From contig OY970325.1 in the NCBI GenBank assembly GCA_963717145.1, forward strand, positions 4,384,001-4,448,000: a DNA stretch of 64,000 nt, in the 5' to 3' direction. Under the pieces are notes generated by a model, which saw only the letters and a program-made list of their open reading frames with translations, did no database searches and was not told where the DNA came from. Source of the DNA: an uncultured Armatimonadetes bacterium (GTDB lineage: Bacteria > Armatimonadota > UBA5829 > DTJY01). The translations under genes and the position numbers were made by a program. This document shows positions 1-9,402 of the stretch, one piece after another. Every line of letters starts with the position of its first letter. Position 1 is the stretch's first letter.

Positions 1-136
1 CACATCAGCCATCCGGGTGTATACTCCAGAGTGTTACAGAATCGTCACATTTGTACCTTTCAAACTGAGCCCGAAACCGGGCAGAGCGAGTTCCCCGGCA
101 GAAGCAGGTAAATTTACCTGATTTTGCGCCGAGGGC

Positions 137-165
137 TTGACAAGACGGTGGCAAAAGTGTATACT
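137..165 (+). promoter_or_regulatory. sigma70-type promoter for the PEP-CTERM gene
   Basis: TTGACA(137-142)-17 bp-TATACT(160-165); the inverted repeat AGTGTA...TACACT overlaps the -10. Confidence 0.75.
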
Positions 166-459
166 GCAAACGTACACTGAAGTACCAAGCCATCCATCCT
201 TCGTTCGACAAACAGAAAGAAAAACCGTAACAGGTTTTCTCCATTTTCGAGTAAAAGTTTCTACAACGAGAGGCTCAGATCCGCAGAAAGGTCCGCGTCA
301 GAGCTTTTCAAAGGAACCGAGGCAGTCGTTGCAGAAAATGGGTCCTGGTCCGTAGCCAGGAACAGGACCAGCGATGTGATCAGCCAGCGTGAGGCTTCGG
401 CACTCACCGGCAAGGTTGCATCCTAGCCGTGCTCAGAAGCCACGAAGGGAGGTGACATT

Positions 460-1176
460 ATGAAGAAGGTTCTTGCAATCACCCTAATGCTGTTGCTTGT
501 CGCAACAGCCGCTATGGCCGCTGAAAACAGTTGGCGCATTCTCCTGCTCGCCGATGACGGCTTTGGAAACAACGCCGGGTCCCGGCGCTACGTAGGCGTC
601 GCACCGACGGGTCAGGAAGGCCTGGACAGCCAGGACGGCGCCACCGCCTCGTACGGCACTGACACTCCGGGTACGACCAACCTGTTGTCGGCTGTCGTCA
701 CAGGTGCGACACCGCTCTACGGTAAGAGCATCAAGGCCGCGACGCTTCCCGTGCCTGAGAAGACATGGGATTTCTACGTGGCCGGCAATGCGAATGCCGT
801 AGGTGAGGGGATCCGCATCAAAGCCATGACAGTGGCGAACCAGTTGCCGACCCCGACATTCGCCGGGGCTCCTGCTCCTCTCCAGTACGCCATCAGAATG
901 GTCAACAACAGGGGCATGGTTGACGCACCGGCCAATGGTTCCTTGTGGTTGATTCCCACTCCGGCGGTCGGCACTGCGGGTAACGTGATGTTCTGGAGTT
1001 CGCCGATCAACCTGCCGAGGCTCAACCTCGCGGTGGGTACTTCGGCCCAGTTGGTAGCTAACGGCTACAAGCTCCAGTTCGTCCAGATGCCGCCGGTTCC
1101 CGAGCCGAGCGGTCTGCTTGCTCTTGGAGCAGGTCTCATGGGTCTGGTTGGATTCGTAACCAGACGCCGCAAGTAA
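460..1176 (+). CDS. PEP-CTERM sorting domain protein
   Basis: Signal peptide; C-terminal VPEPS, hydrophobic helix and RRRK; RBS GGAGGTG. Confidence 0.92.
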   Translation: MKKVLAITLMLLLVATAAMAAENSWRILLLADDGFGNNAGSRRYVGVAPTGQEGLDSQDGATASYGTDTPGTTNLLSAVVTGATPLYGKSIKAATLPVPEKTWDFYVAGNANAVGEGIRIKAMTVANQLPTPTFAGAPAPLQYAIRMVNNRGMVDAPANGSLWLIPTPAVGTAGNVMFWSSPINLPRLNLAVGTSAQLVANGYKLQFVQMPPVPEPSGLLALGAGLMGLVGFVTRRRK

Positions 1177-1230
1177 GTTGATATCCGAGAACGCGGCTGT
1201 AAGTTAGACCGAATTTCTTGGTGCACTATT

Positions 1231-1264
1231 GGCCGCCGGGTCATCGGATTCGGCGGCCTCTTTC
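1231..1264 (+). terminator. intrinsic terminator
   Basis: GGCCGCCG...CGGCGGCC stem followed by TCTTT. Confidence 0.65.
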
Positions 1265-1503
1265 AGATTATGGGGCAGCGTTTGCCCCAGCGGCGCCCGC
1301 CGTCTCTGAACTCGAAAAAGTGCCTTACAGCTTCTGACGTTGCTGAATCTTTGACAGTCTTCCAGGATGCATACATCTTCCACCAACCGGGGGGAGATGC
1401 ACAACCTGTATCAGCCCGACCTCGATTACTCCATTTGCAGGTATCTCCCGCGGAAGGAGCGATTGGAGCAAAGGGCATAATTCGGAAAGGGGGATTCACG
1501 TAA

Positions 1504-4500
1504 ATGCGCAAAACCACAGTTGGTCTTCTGATGGTAACGCTTCTGATCACCTTGGCAATCTGCGCGCATGCAGCGGTAGAGCTATACCAAGTCACAGCGA
1601 ATACCGTCGCGCCTGCGTTCGTAGACTACAAGCTGAACTGTCCTGCAGATGTGACCGTCAAAATCTTGCCGTGCGATGTGAACGGCATCATTTCCGGTCC
1701 CGCGATCAGGGAGGTCACCTTGCCCAAGCTAAGAGGTCCCAACAGATTCATCTGGATGGGGGACAAGGATGACCTCACTAATGCTCCGGTAGGCTATTAT
1801 GTCGCACAGGTCAGCGCGACGAGTAACCAGCAATACTGGGATCCGATCGTCGGTGTGTTCACCTATAATCAGATCCCTCCTACAACGGAGACGACTTTTC
1901 CCGCGCCGGGCATGGGGGATAGGAGCCTACCGGACCCACTTGATGGCCAGGGATTCTACGACATTGCCGTGAACACCCGCGAGGCAAGCCCGTACTACGG
2001 CAGAATCTATGTATCAGACAAGCAACAGACGGGTATCTTCATGTACGGCCCGGACGGCGAGTTCCTGGGTAAGTTGGACGACTCCCAAGTCGTCTGGCTG
2101 AGCGGCGACAGCTGCCCGTGGACTGTGTCGGTTGCGGATGACGACTTCGTCTATGTAACCAACCGATCGACCCGTAGGACCTTCTGCTTCAACGGCGCCG
2201 GTGCGCTGGTATCCAGCAGCCCCAACGTCACAGCTAGCCTGATGGACTATACCAAAGGCGCGTTCGCTCGCGTAGATGCAGCGACCGGCATCACCCATTT
2301 GTACTTCACCGGCGGTAAACCTTACGTTACCGGGACAACTCATTACACTGTCTCAGCCGACCATCTGACCTTCGCCTACGTCGGAGTCGCCTATAACAGC
2401 GGCACCAACGACGAGGCGTATGGCATGTGGGTTTCTCCCGACTTTAAGACCGCCTACCAGGCGAATCACGCGGGGGCCCTCGCCGGTGTCACCAAATGGG
2501 ATGACCCCGATCTCAATGGCGTCTTCGTGCGGGATGCGGCCTTCTTGAACGCTCCCAGCAGTCCTGCTAAGGATGTCACATTCGTCGACGGTCCCACTCC
2601 GTACCTGTGGGTCACCAGGCAGGTCCCCTACACAACCGACGACACCGCCACCACGGATGTGGTGGAGTATTCGAGATCCGTCGGTAAGTACGATCCGCTT
2701 ACCGGTGCTCTGATCGCTGACGCCCCGTATGACGTCGTCAGGCACGCTCACCTGAGCACCGTTGATGCCGTCGGAAACTTGGTTGTGACCTTCGCCAAGA
2801 ATAGTCCCACTTGGCCCCAGTACTACTGGGGTATGTTCGCTGAGGAAGGCACATACACTTGCTCGACTAAGACCACAGTCGTCTTCTATCTGTCGGCTCA
2901 GCCCGCGCCGGTAATAATCCCGAACAGCGCGGTATGGACTCCCGACAACGAGATCAAAGCGGACGACTCCGACTCCGCATCCGTCACCTTCAAGGTGCTG
3001 GACGTCAATGGTTATGCGGATATCACCAGCGTAAAGCTCGATCTGGCCCCGCTTGGCTATGCCAGCGACCAGGCATGCACGCTTGCGAAGGATCCTGGCG
3101 ATACCACAGACAAGATCAAGACTGCGACTGTGACCGGGATCAAGGCAAAGGTGGGCGCTCGCTGCACCACCAGTCCCGGCCAGGCGCCTCATTATCTCGT
3201 TGCAACGGCAACAGATTCGACGGCGCAGACTAACATTGACTCTAGTGAGATCAAGCTGAAAGTCACCGGTGTGCTGAGTGCCTCGTCCCAATTGCCGGCC
3301 CTTTCTGCCTACACCGTCCATTCGAGAAACACCGGTTGGAACATAGCGAGTGCCAACATCGTGGCAGTCGGTGGCGGCATCCCCGGCGCGACCGATCCTC
3401 GGGCAGCCGGTCCGTTCACCTACACCTCGCTTAATACCGTGGACGGCTTCCAGTGGCTCGAGACCAGTGCCGGTCAGTTTAATGTGGTCGGTAAGAAGGT
3501 CGGCTTCGGCGACTCAGAGGTGGTCCCCGTTGACACAGCGATGTACTCGGACCCGGAGCCTGCGAAGACTCTCTATCTGCAGCCACTGACGATCGCGGAG
3601 GCCAAGGACCTCGTCAAGACTCCGAACGGCACGATGGCCAACGTCGAGGCCGTCTGCTACGCACCGCCCATGGGCCTTAACCCGACTCTTGCGGACGGCC
3701 TGTACGTCAGGACGGATACCCAGGCCAAGCGCAACCAGTGGTACATGTGCGATCCGGACGATCCCGCGAACGGCATGGTGTTCATGGTCACACAGAGTGG
3801 CCCTGGGTTCTTTCCTCAGTGGGACAACGTTCTCGGCAAAGAGCCTCCCCCGAGAACGGCGTTCACGTCCTACATGGGCAAGAGGCCGGCTTTGGGCGAG
3901 ACCATCATGGTCACCGGTCTGATCGACATGCCGCCCGGCCACGAGCGTAGGGTGCTGCTTCAGAACACTGAGATCATCAACGCAATCAGGAATTCTCCGT
4001 CGACCATTACGCAGTGGTACTACAATGCTCAGCCGAACCCCGGCGTTGGACTGCCTACAACTCCGGTCACGTTGACGATCCCGCAGATCTACACGCCCAT
4101 CACGCAGAGCTTCAGCGAGCATTGGGGCAAGTTCGCCCAGGTCACCGACGCAACCGTCATCGCCTACAATGCGGCCGGCGAGGAGGTCGGCGTAGCGGTT
4201 CCGCCTACGACGGACCCTGTTCCCTACTTGACGATAGCGAACGTGGCCGGTAACACGACCATGGTTGCCATCGACATGCCGACAAGTCTGGGCAGTCCGA
4301 CGATCCCTGCAATCGGAGGGACGTACACATTCACAGGCGCCGTGGGCCGCAGGGCCAGGTATGGCGGTAGCGCTCTCCGAGTCAGAGGCGCTGGCGACAT
4401 GGTTCTGACGACACCTGCTCCTGCCGCTCCGAGTCCGTTGAGTGTGATTCGCACCTTGAACGACAACGATCCGGTCAATATCTCCGGTATCGTTGTCCAC

Positions 4501-5727
4501 AAGGCCGGAACCTCGATGTGGATCGAAGCTGCTGACAGAAGCGTCGGCATTCGCGTCAGGAAGAACTACTCATGGGTAACCTGCGACACAACTAACAAGG
4601 TTGGCGACATCATCCAGGTCGTTGGCACCATGGACCTGTGGGATGGTGAGATGACCATCGTCCCGACGCTGCCCGCGATAGTACTGAGCAGCGGTAACCC
4701 ATGGCCCGGCGTACTCGACATACGGTCGAGGGAGATCGGTGGAAACGCAAGCGGAACGACCCCGGGTGTGACCAACGGACGCGGCGCTCTGAACGTCGGT
4801 CTGAAGGTTCACTTCTCGGGCATGGTCACCGCAGTCGATCCCGCCGCTACCAAGACATGGTACTACCTGTGGGACGGCGCTAACAGAGCGGACCAGCCTG
4901 TCTCTGATGGCAGTGGCAACATCGGAATCCACGTCGAAGCCGCACCGCCTGCCGGCTGTGTGCCGTGGCAGACATGGGTCGACGTCACCGCTGTCGTAGG
5001 GACCGATGGGAACTTCGTTGCGGGGTCTGTCATACCGACCCTGCTTCCAACTGCCACGGCTACCAAGGTCACCGCGTTCGACACGATCACCGCTGCTTCG
5101 GGAACGGCACTGACGGCTCTTTGGAACCTGATGTCCGTGCCCGCAGTGCCTGCCGCAACTGGCACCGGCGGTGAGTGGGACGCCAAGTCCTTCGAACCGT
5201 ATGTGGTGTTCAGCCCGACCGCGGATCCGAACGACATCGACGGCCGCATGTACCGATGGGAGAACTGCACGGGCAGTCTCTACCTTTGGGATCAGTGGAG
5301 TGAAGTCGGCTCGCACGGCCCGTTCGGTGCAGTAGTGCTTGGCGATGGTTACTGGATGCAGCTCGACGCCGACAAGGCAGTCAGCTACAGTGGGAGAAAC
5401 AGTGCGCTCGATCAGTGGACCGGCATCTGCTCTCCCGGCTGGATGATCATCGGTCATCCCAAGGACCACAACGTCTACCTGGACGAGGTGAAGGTGCATG
5501 ACGGCGGCGCAGTCTACAGCATGTACGATGCGATAATGTCCAACCTGTGGATCGACTGCACAGGTTTCTGGTGGGATAACTCCACCCAGAGTCTGACGGA
5601 CGTCGGCATCCCTGACTGCTGGTGCAGCTCGGACACCCTGCTGCCGTGGCACGGTTACTGGATACAGACCTATCAGGGTGATCTTGCTCTGATCACTCCT
5701 GAGGCTACTGAGTGGCCCCGGCCATAG
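1504..5727 (+). CDS. large secreted multidomain protein (N-terminal FlgD-like Ig, NHL/beta-propeller, OB-fold-like repeats, Trp-rich C-terminal domain)
   Basis: 1407 aa with signal peptide; FIWMGDKDDLTNAPVGYY is FlgD-Ig-like; GRIYVSD and DDFVYVTN are NHL-like blades; repeated GIRV/GxVT modules. Confidence 0.75.
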   Translation: MRKTTVGLLMVTLLITLAICAHAAVELYQVTANTVAPAFVDYKLNCPADVTVKILPCDVNGIISGPAIREVTLPKLRGPNRFIWMGDKDDLTNAPVGYYVAQVSATSNQQYWDPIVGVFTYNQIPPTTETTFPAPGMGDRSLPDPLDGQGFYDIAVNTREASPYYGRIYVSDKQQTGIFMYGPDGEFLGKLDDSQVVWLSGDSCPWTVSVADDDFVYVTNRSTRRTFCFNGAGALVSSSPNVTASLMDYTKGAFARVDAATGITHLYFTGGKPYVTGTTHYTVSADHLTFAYVGVAYNSGTNDEAYGMWVSPDFKTAYQANHAGALAGVTKWDDPDLNGVFVRDAAFLNAPSSPAKDVTFVDGPTPYLWVTRQVPYTTDDTATTDVVEYSRSVGKYDPLTGALIADAPYDVVRHAHLSTVDAVGNLVVTFAKNSPTWPQYYWGMFAEEGTYTCSTKTTVVFYLSAQPAPVIIPNSAVWTPDNEIKADDSDSASVTFKVLDVNGYADITSVKLDLAPLGYASDQACTLAKDPGDTTDKIKTATVTGIKAKVGARCTTSPGQAPHYLVATATDSTAQTNIDSSEIKLKVTGVLSASSQLPALSAYTVHSRNTGWNIASANIVAVGGGIPGATDPRAAGPFTYTSLNTVDGFQWLETSAGQFNVVGKKVGFGDSEVVPVDTAMYSDPEPAKTLYLQPLTIAEAKDLVKTPNGTMANVEAVCYAPPMGLNPTLADGLYVRTDTQAKRNQWYMCDPDDPANGMVFMVTQSGPGFFPQWDNVLGKEPPPRTAFTSYMGKRPALGETIMVTGLIDMPPGHERRVLLQNTEIINAIRNSPSTITQWYYNAQPNPGVGLPTTPVTLTIPQIYTPITQSFSEHWGKFAQVTDATVIAYNAAGEEVGVAVPPTTDPVPYLTIANVAGNTTMVAIDMPTSLGSPTIPAIGGTYTFTGAVGRRARYGGSALRVRGAGDMVLTTPAPAAPSPLSVIRTLNDNDPVNISGIVVHKAGTSMWIEAADRSVGIRVRKNYSWVTCDTTNKVGDIIQVVGTMDLWDGEMTIVPTLPAIVLSSGNPWPGVLDIRSREIGGNASGTTPGVTNGRGALNVGLKVHFSGMVTAVDPAATKTWYYLWDGANRADQPVSDGSGNIGIHVEAAPPAGCVPWQTWVDVTAVVGTDGNFVAGSVIPTLLPTATATKVTAFDTITAASGTALTALWNLMSVPAVPAATGTGGEWDAKSFEPYVVFSPTADPNDIDGRMYRWENCTGSLYLWDQWSEVGSHGPFGAVVLGDGYWMQLDADKAVSYSGRNSALDQWTGICSPGWMIIGHPKDHNVYLDEVKVHDGGAVYSMYDAIMSNLWIDCTGFWWDNSTQSLTDVGIPDCWCSSDTLLPWHGYWIQTYQGDLALITPEATEWPRP

Positions 5728-5763
5728 GTACGGATCCGTCCGTAACTATACGGTAGATAGCAA

Positions 5764-5806
5764 ACGGCCCGTCCTCCCCAAGTGGGAGGACGGGCCGTAT
5801 CTCTTT
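5764..5806 (+). terminator. intrinsic terminator
   Basis: ACGGCCCGTCCTCCC/GGGAGGACGGGCCGT 15-bp stem with T-rich tail. Confidence 0.7.
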
Positions 5807-5881
5807 GGCTGCAGATCGAAGACTTTCCCCACATTTCTGCGCTTGACACCGAAAAACCACCGAAATCCTCCTTTTACGCTA

Positions 5882-5910
5882 TTGCCTATTCGAACGGCCT
5901 GATGTATAAT
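5882..5910 (+). promoter_or_regulatory. sigma70-type promoter
   Basis: TTGCCT-17 bp-TATAAT just upstream of RBS GAGGTG. Confidence 0.65.
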
Positions 5911-5926
5911 GTGCGAGGTGAGGCCC

Positions 5927-6289
5927 ATGGAGTCGGAACTCGAGAAGATCGACATCATACGCAGCAGGTTCAGGGTCGGATACGACGAGGCCGTCCAGGC
6001 GCTTTGCGCCACCGATGGCGATGTCGTCAAGGCTCTGGTCTGCTTCGAGAGGAAGAATGGGACTCGGCCCGATCTGCTGGCACTCGGGATGGAGATGATC
6101 GACGAGGCACAGCGGGTTGCTGCCGGCTCACCGGTCAAGCGGTTGAAAATCAGATATGGCGACAGGACTGTAACGGATACCCCCGTAACCTTGACGGCGG
6201 CCGCTGCTCTCGCTATCGGCGTGGCGGCGGTGCTGATCAGCAAGCTGGTTATCGAACTGGTCAAAGACGAGGAAGAGGCTAACGGATGA
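5927..6289 (+). CDS. DUF4342-type protein with N-terminal UBA-like helical domain
   Basis: EKIDIIRSRFRVGYDEAVQALCATDGDVVKAL followed by a C-terminal hydrophobic helix; ATG after RBS. Confidence 0.65.
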   Translation: MESELEKIDIIRSRFRVGYDEAVQALCATDGDVVKALVCFERKNGTRPDLLALGMEMIDEAQRVAAGSPVKRLKIRYGDRTVTDTPVTLTAAAALAIGVAAVLISKLVIELVKDEEEANG

Positions 6290-6978
6290 GTGACCTTGTG
6301 GATGATCTCCCGCTGCAGAAAGCCCGGACCTCGAGCATACTGTCCTCCCTTGCTCGACATGCGAAATACGACCACCTGCTCGACGCCGAAGTTGTAAGGC
6401 GGGCACAGACAGGCGCGGAGGACGCCGCCGAGCACCTGTTGTACAAATATCGAAACCTCGTTCGCAACAAAGTCAGATCATACTTCCTGATCGGCGCGGA
6501 AAAGGAAGACCTCCTCCAGGTCGGCATGATAGGACTCTGGCAGGCGATGGTCGATTACCGCGCGGACAAGGCCATCTCTTTCCCCGCCTTTGCCCGAATT
6601 TGCATCCAGCGGCACATTATCACGGCAATAAAGACGGCTACCCGGCAGAAACAGATTCCGCTCAACACGTCTCTTTCGCTCGAGTCGCCCTCCGATGAGT
6701 CCAACTCCGAATGGACCCTTTCCGACATACTGACATCGGAGGACACCGTCGATCCTGAAGAACTGGTTCTCAGGAGAGAGGACTCGCAGCAACTCCACGA
6801 CATGCTTCAGCAGGTGCTGAGTGACTTCGAGTGGCGAGTGCTCTCCGGGTACAAAGTCGGCAAATCATATCGAGAGATCGCCACCGAACTGCAGTGCAAG
6901 ACCAAGTCGGTGGACAATGCACTCGCGCGGATCAAGCGCAAAGTATCCGGCACACCCTTCGACATGATCGAGCACTGA
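6286..6978 (+). CDS. sigH: RNA polymerase sigma factor, SigH family
   Basis: YFLIGAEKEDLLQVGMIGL, IITAIKTATRQKQIPLN and KSVDNALARIKRK are SigH signatures. Confidence 0.92.
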   Translation: MSDLVDDLPLQKARTSSILSSLARHAKYDHLLDAEVVRRAQTGAEDAAEHLLYKYRNLVRNKVRSYFLIGAEKEDLLQVGMIGLWQAMVDYRADKAISFPAFARICIQRHIITAIKTATRQKQIPLNTSLSLESPSDESNSEWTLSDILTSEDTVDPEELVLRREDSQQLHDMLQQVLSDFEWRVLSGYKVGKSYREIATELQCKTKSVDNALARIKRKVSGTPFDMIEH

Positions 6979-7096
6979 CCGGTATCGTCCCCCTATGACA
7001 GCCGCGGGGAGGCCTTCAACGGCTCCCCGGTTGGGGCGGGCGTAGATGCCCCGCCACTATCTGATCGTCCCGACACTTTGCCAGGAGTCCGTCATC

Positions 7097-7627
7097 GTGA
7101 GCAAGAAACGCAGGCGCATCTTCAGAGAATTCGCCGAGACCACGCTGATGACCGTCGTGGTTTTCGTCTTTCTGATAACATTCGTGGTCCAGGGCTTCAG
7201 GGTCTACGGCAGTTGCATGGAGCCGAACCTGTTTACCGGCGAGCGGCTGCTTGGCAACAAGTTCGTTTACCGGTTTGAAGATCCGAGCCGTGGGGATGTC
7301 ATCGTATTTCGGTTCCCCCCGGATCCGCACAAGATCTTCATCAAGAGGATCGTCGGACTCCCAGGTGAGACCGTCGAGATACGAGAGGGCAAGGTCTACG
7401 TCAACGGCGATGTTCTCCACGAGCCGTACATGCGAAACGTCGCCCACGGCGATTTCCCGCCGCAGAGGATCCCGAAGGGGAACGTCTTCGTTCTCGGCGA
7501 CAATCGGGATTCCAGCAATGACAGCCGGTTCTGGGGAGACCTGCCCATCGAGAACATCCAGGCAAAGGCCTGGCTTCGTTACTGGCCGGTCGCGCGTACG
7601 ACCGTCTTCAGTGCGCCCTGGCGTTGA
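7097..7627 (+). CDS. lepB: signal peptidase I
   Basis: GSCMEPNL (Ser box), IKRIVGLPGE and GDNRDSSNDSR; GTG start after AGGAG. Confidence 0.92.
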   Translation: MSKKRRRIFREFAETTLMTVVVFVFLITFVVQGFRVYGSCMEPNLFTGERLLGNKFVYRFEDPSRGDVIVFRFPPDPHKIFIKRIVGLPGETVEIREGKVYVNGDVLHEPYMRNVAHGDFPPQRIPKGNVFVLGDNRDSSNDSRFWGDLPIENIQAKAWLRYWPVARTTVFSAPWR

Positions 7628-7656
7628 TTGTCCCGGTCAGGAGGGCGAAACCTGAG

Positions 7657-8748
7657 ATGTCTACCATCAGCACCGCGGCCATCCGACTGCAGCAGGAAGA
7701 CCTGGAGCGGCTGAACCTCTCCCCCTGCGCGGCTCTGAGCGCCGAGTCGCGGGGCAGGATGCGCCCGGAAGACAAGTGTCCGATCCGCACCGACTTCCAA
7801 TGTGACAGGGATCGCATCGTGCACTCCAAGGCGTTCAGGCGGCTCAAGCACAAGACGCAGGTCTTCATCGACCCCGAGGAGGACCACTATCGCACCCGCC
7901 TGACGCATACCCTCGAAGTCGCCCAGATCGCGCGCACGGTCGCCCGCGCTCTGAGACTCAATGAGGACCTCACTGAGGCGATCGCCCTCGGACATGACCT
8001 CGGACACACCCCGTTTGGGCACTCAGGCGAGCGGGCACTCGATGAAGTCTACGCCGAGTACGTCCCCGGCGCATCCTTTCGGCACAACGAGCAGAGCCTA
8101 CGGGTCGTCGATTTCCTCGAGCGAGACGGTCGGGGACTGAACCTCACGTGGGAAGTGCGAGACGGTATACTCCACCACTCCAAGGGCAGCGACGACATCG
8201 ATTTCGCCACCCGTGATCGGGAGGTTGGGGAGGGTGAGATCAGCCATACCCTGGAGGGCCGGATAGTTCGCATCTCCGACCGTATCGCCTACATCAATCA
8301 CGACATCGACGATTCCATCCGCGCCGGAGTCCTGCGCGAAGAGGATCTGCCTCAGGACTGCGTGGAGGTTCTCGGGCGCAGGCACTCCGAGCGGATAGCC
8401 ACAATGGTCGCGGACCTGGTCGAGAACAGCCAGGGGAGGCCTGAGCTGAGTATGAGCCGAGAGACGATCGAAGCGATGGACGCGCTGAAGGACTTCCTCT
8501 TCCGGCACGTATACAGCCTCGACAGCCGCCGGTTGGCGGAACTCGATAAGGCGGAGCGCCTCGTCAAGGAGCTTTTTCGCTACTACATGGCCGAGCCAGG
8601 GCACTTGCCGGCCTGGCGGACCGCTGAACTGAACGATACCCCGGGCAGGGCACGCGCTGTATGCGATTTCATTGCCGGCATGACCGATCGCTATGCCGAG
8701 CAGCGCTACGCGGAGTACTTTATGCCGGAGAACTGGCCTTCGTTCTAG
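7657..8748 (+). CDS. dgt: deoxyguanosinetriphosphate triphosphohydrolase (HD domain)
   Basis: RDRIVHSKAFRRLKHKTQV, RTRLTHTLEV, HDLGHTPFGH and DFIAGMTD. Confidence 0.95.
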   Translation: MSTISTAAIRLQQEDLERLNLSPCAALSAESRGRMRPEDKCPIRTDFQCDRDRIVHSKAFRRLKHKTQVFIDPEEDHYRTRLTHTLEVAQIARTVARALRLNEDLTEAIALGHDLGHTPFGHSGERALDEVYAEYVPGASFRHNEQSLRVVDFLERDGRGLNLTWEVRDGILHHSKGSDDIDFATRDREVGEGEISHTLEGRIVRISDRIAYINHDIDDSIRAGVLREEDLPQDCVEVLGRRHSERIATMVADLVENSQGRPELSMSRETIEAMDALKDFLFRHVYSLDSRRLAELDKAERLVKELFRYYMAEPGHLPAWRTAELNDTPGRARAVCDFIAGMTDRYAEQRYAEYFMPENWPSF

Positions 8749-8782
8749 GCAGCGAGGAGGTGGATCTACCTGTGAGCCGCCA

Positions 8783-8811
8783 TTTGCAGAACTTCGCCGC
8801 TGTGGTATAAT
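8783..8811 (+). promoter_or_regulatory. extended -10 promoter
   Basis: TGG-TATAAT (8803-8811) with TTTGCA 17 bp upstream of the -10. Confidence 0.55.
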
Positions 8812-8908
8812 GGGCACGGATCCACGACAGTGATCTCTCCCGTCCACTCGGACCATGGAGTGTACTGCCGATTGCTGTTCCCCAAACTGATCTATGGAGG
8901 TGGATGTC

Positions 8909-9280
8909 ATGAATGTCAAGCCGATGATCAAGTGCAACTGCGGCCAGCGAGTCGTCGCCAAGGATGTCATGCAGACCGGCTACTACCTGCGACTCTTCGG
9001 GCCCAGTTTCGTATATGTTAAGTTTAGATGTTCCCGCTGCAAGAAGCTCGGCGAGCAATTCGTCAAGCAGGATGAATGGGAGGACGGCATACTCAAGGAC
9101 CGCCCTTCCGAAGTGAACACCGACGAGCAGCACCGATTCCGGGCCATGGGCGGCATCGACGTCCACGAAGCTATCGACTTCCACTTCGCACTCGACGAGG
9201 GCAAGGCGCTCTCGAAGCTTGCGGAGTTCATGGAGTTCGACAGATCAAACGCAGCCGAGGCTGATACGGAAGCAAAGTAG
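8909..9280 (+). CDS. small putative zinc-ribbon protein
   Basis: CNCG...CSRC motifs; RBS GGAGG. Confidence 0.65.
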   Translation: MNVKPMIKCNCGQRVVAKDVMQTGYYLRLFGPSFVYVKFRCSRCKKLGEQFVKQDEWEDGILKDRPSEVNTDEQHRFRAMGGIDVHEAIDFHFALDEGKALSKLAEFMEFDRSNAAEADTEAK

Positions 9281-9301
9281 CAGGCGGCTCAGCAGATTTC
9301 C

Positions 9302-9346
9302 GCACGAGAGGCCCGGGGAACGCATCCCCGGGCCTCTCGTGCGTTT
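9302..9346 (+). terminator. hairpin terminator
   Basis: GCACGAGAGGCCCGGGGA/TCCCCGGGCCTCTCGTGC stem followed by GTTT. Confidence 0.65.
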
Positions 9347-9402
9347 ACACCGATGATGCCTTGTGATAGAATGCTCGTGGAGAGAGCATTCGGAGTGGAG
9401 CT

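Noticed and set aside
61-120. c-di-GMP or other riboswitch near the window start
   Set aside because: Only short hairpins; the conserved aptamer motifs are not present
2353-5652. Long antisense ORFs (also at 19636, 37220 and 53580)
   Set aside because: Shadow frames of GC-rich genes with no recognisable motifs
6286-6978. Evidence for sporulation
   Set aside because: SigH occurs in non-sporulating taxa and no spo genes are in the window
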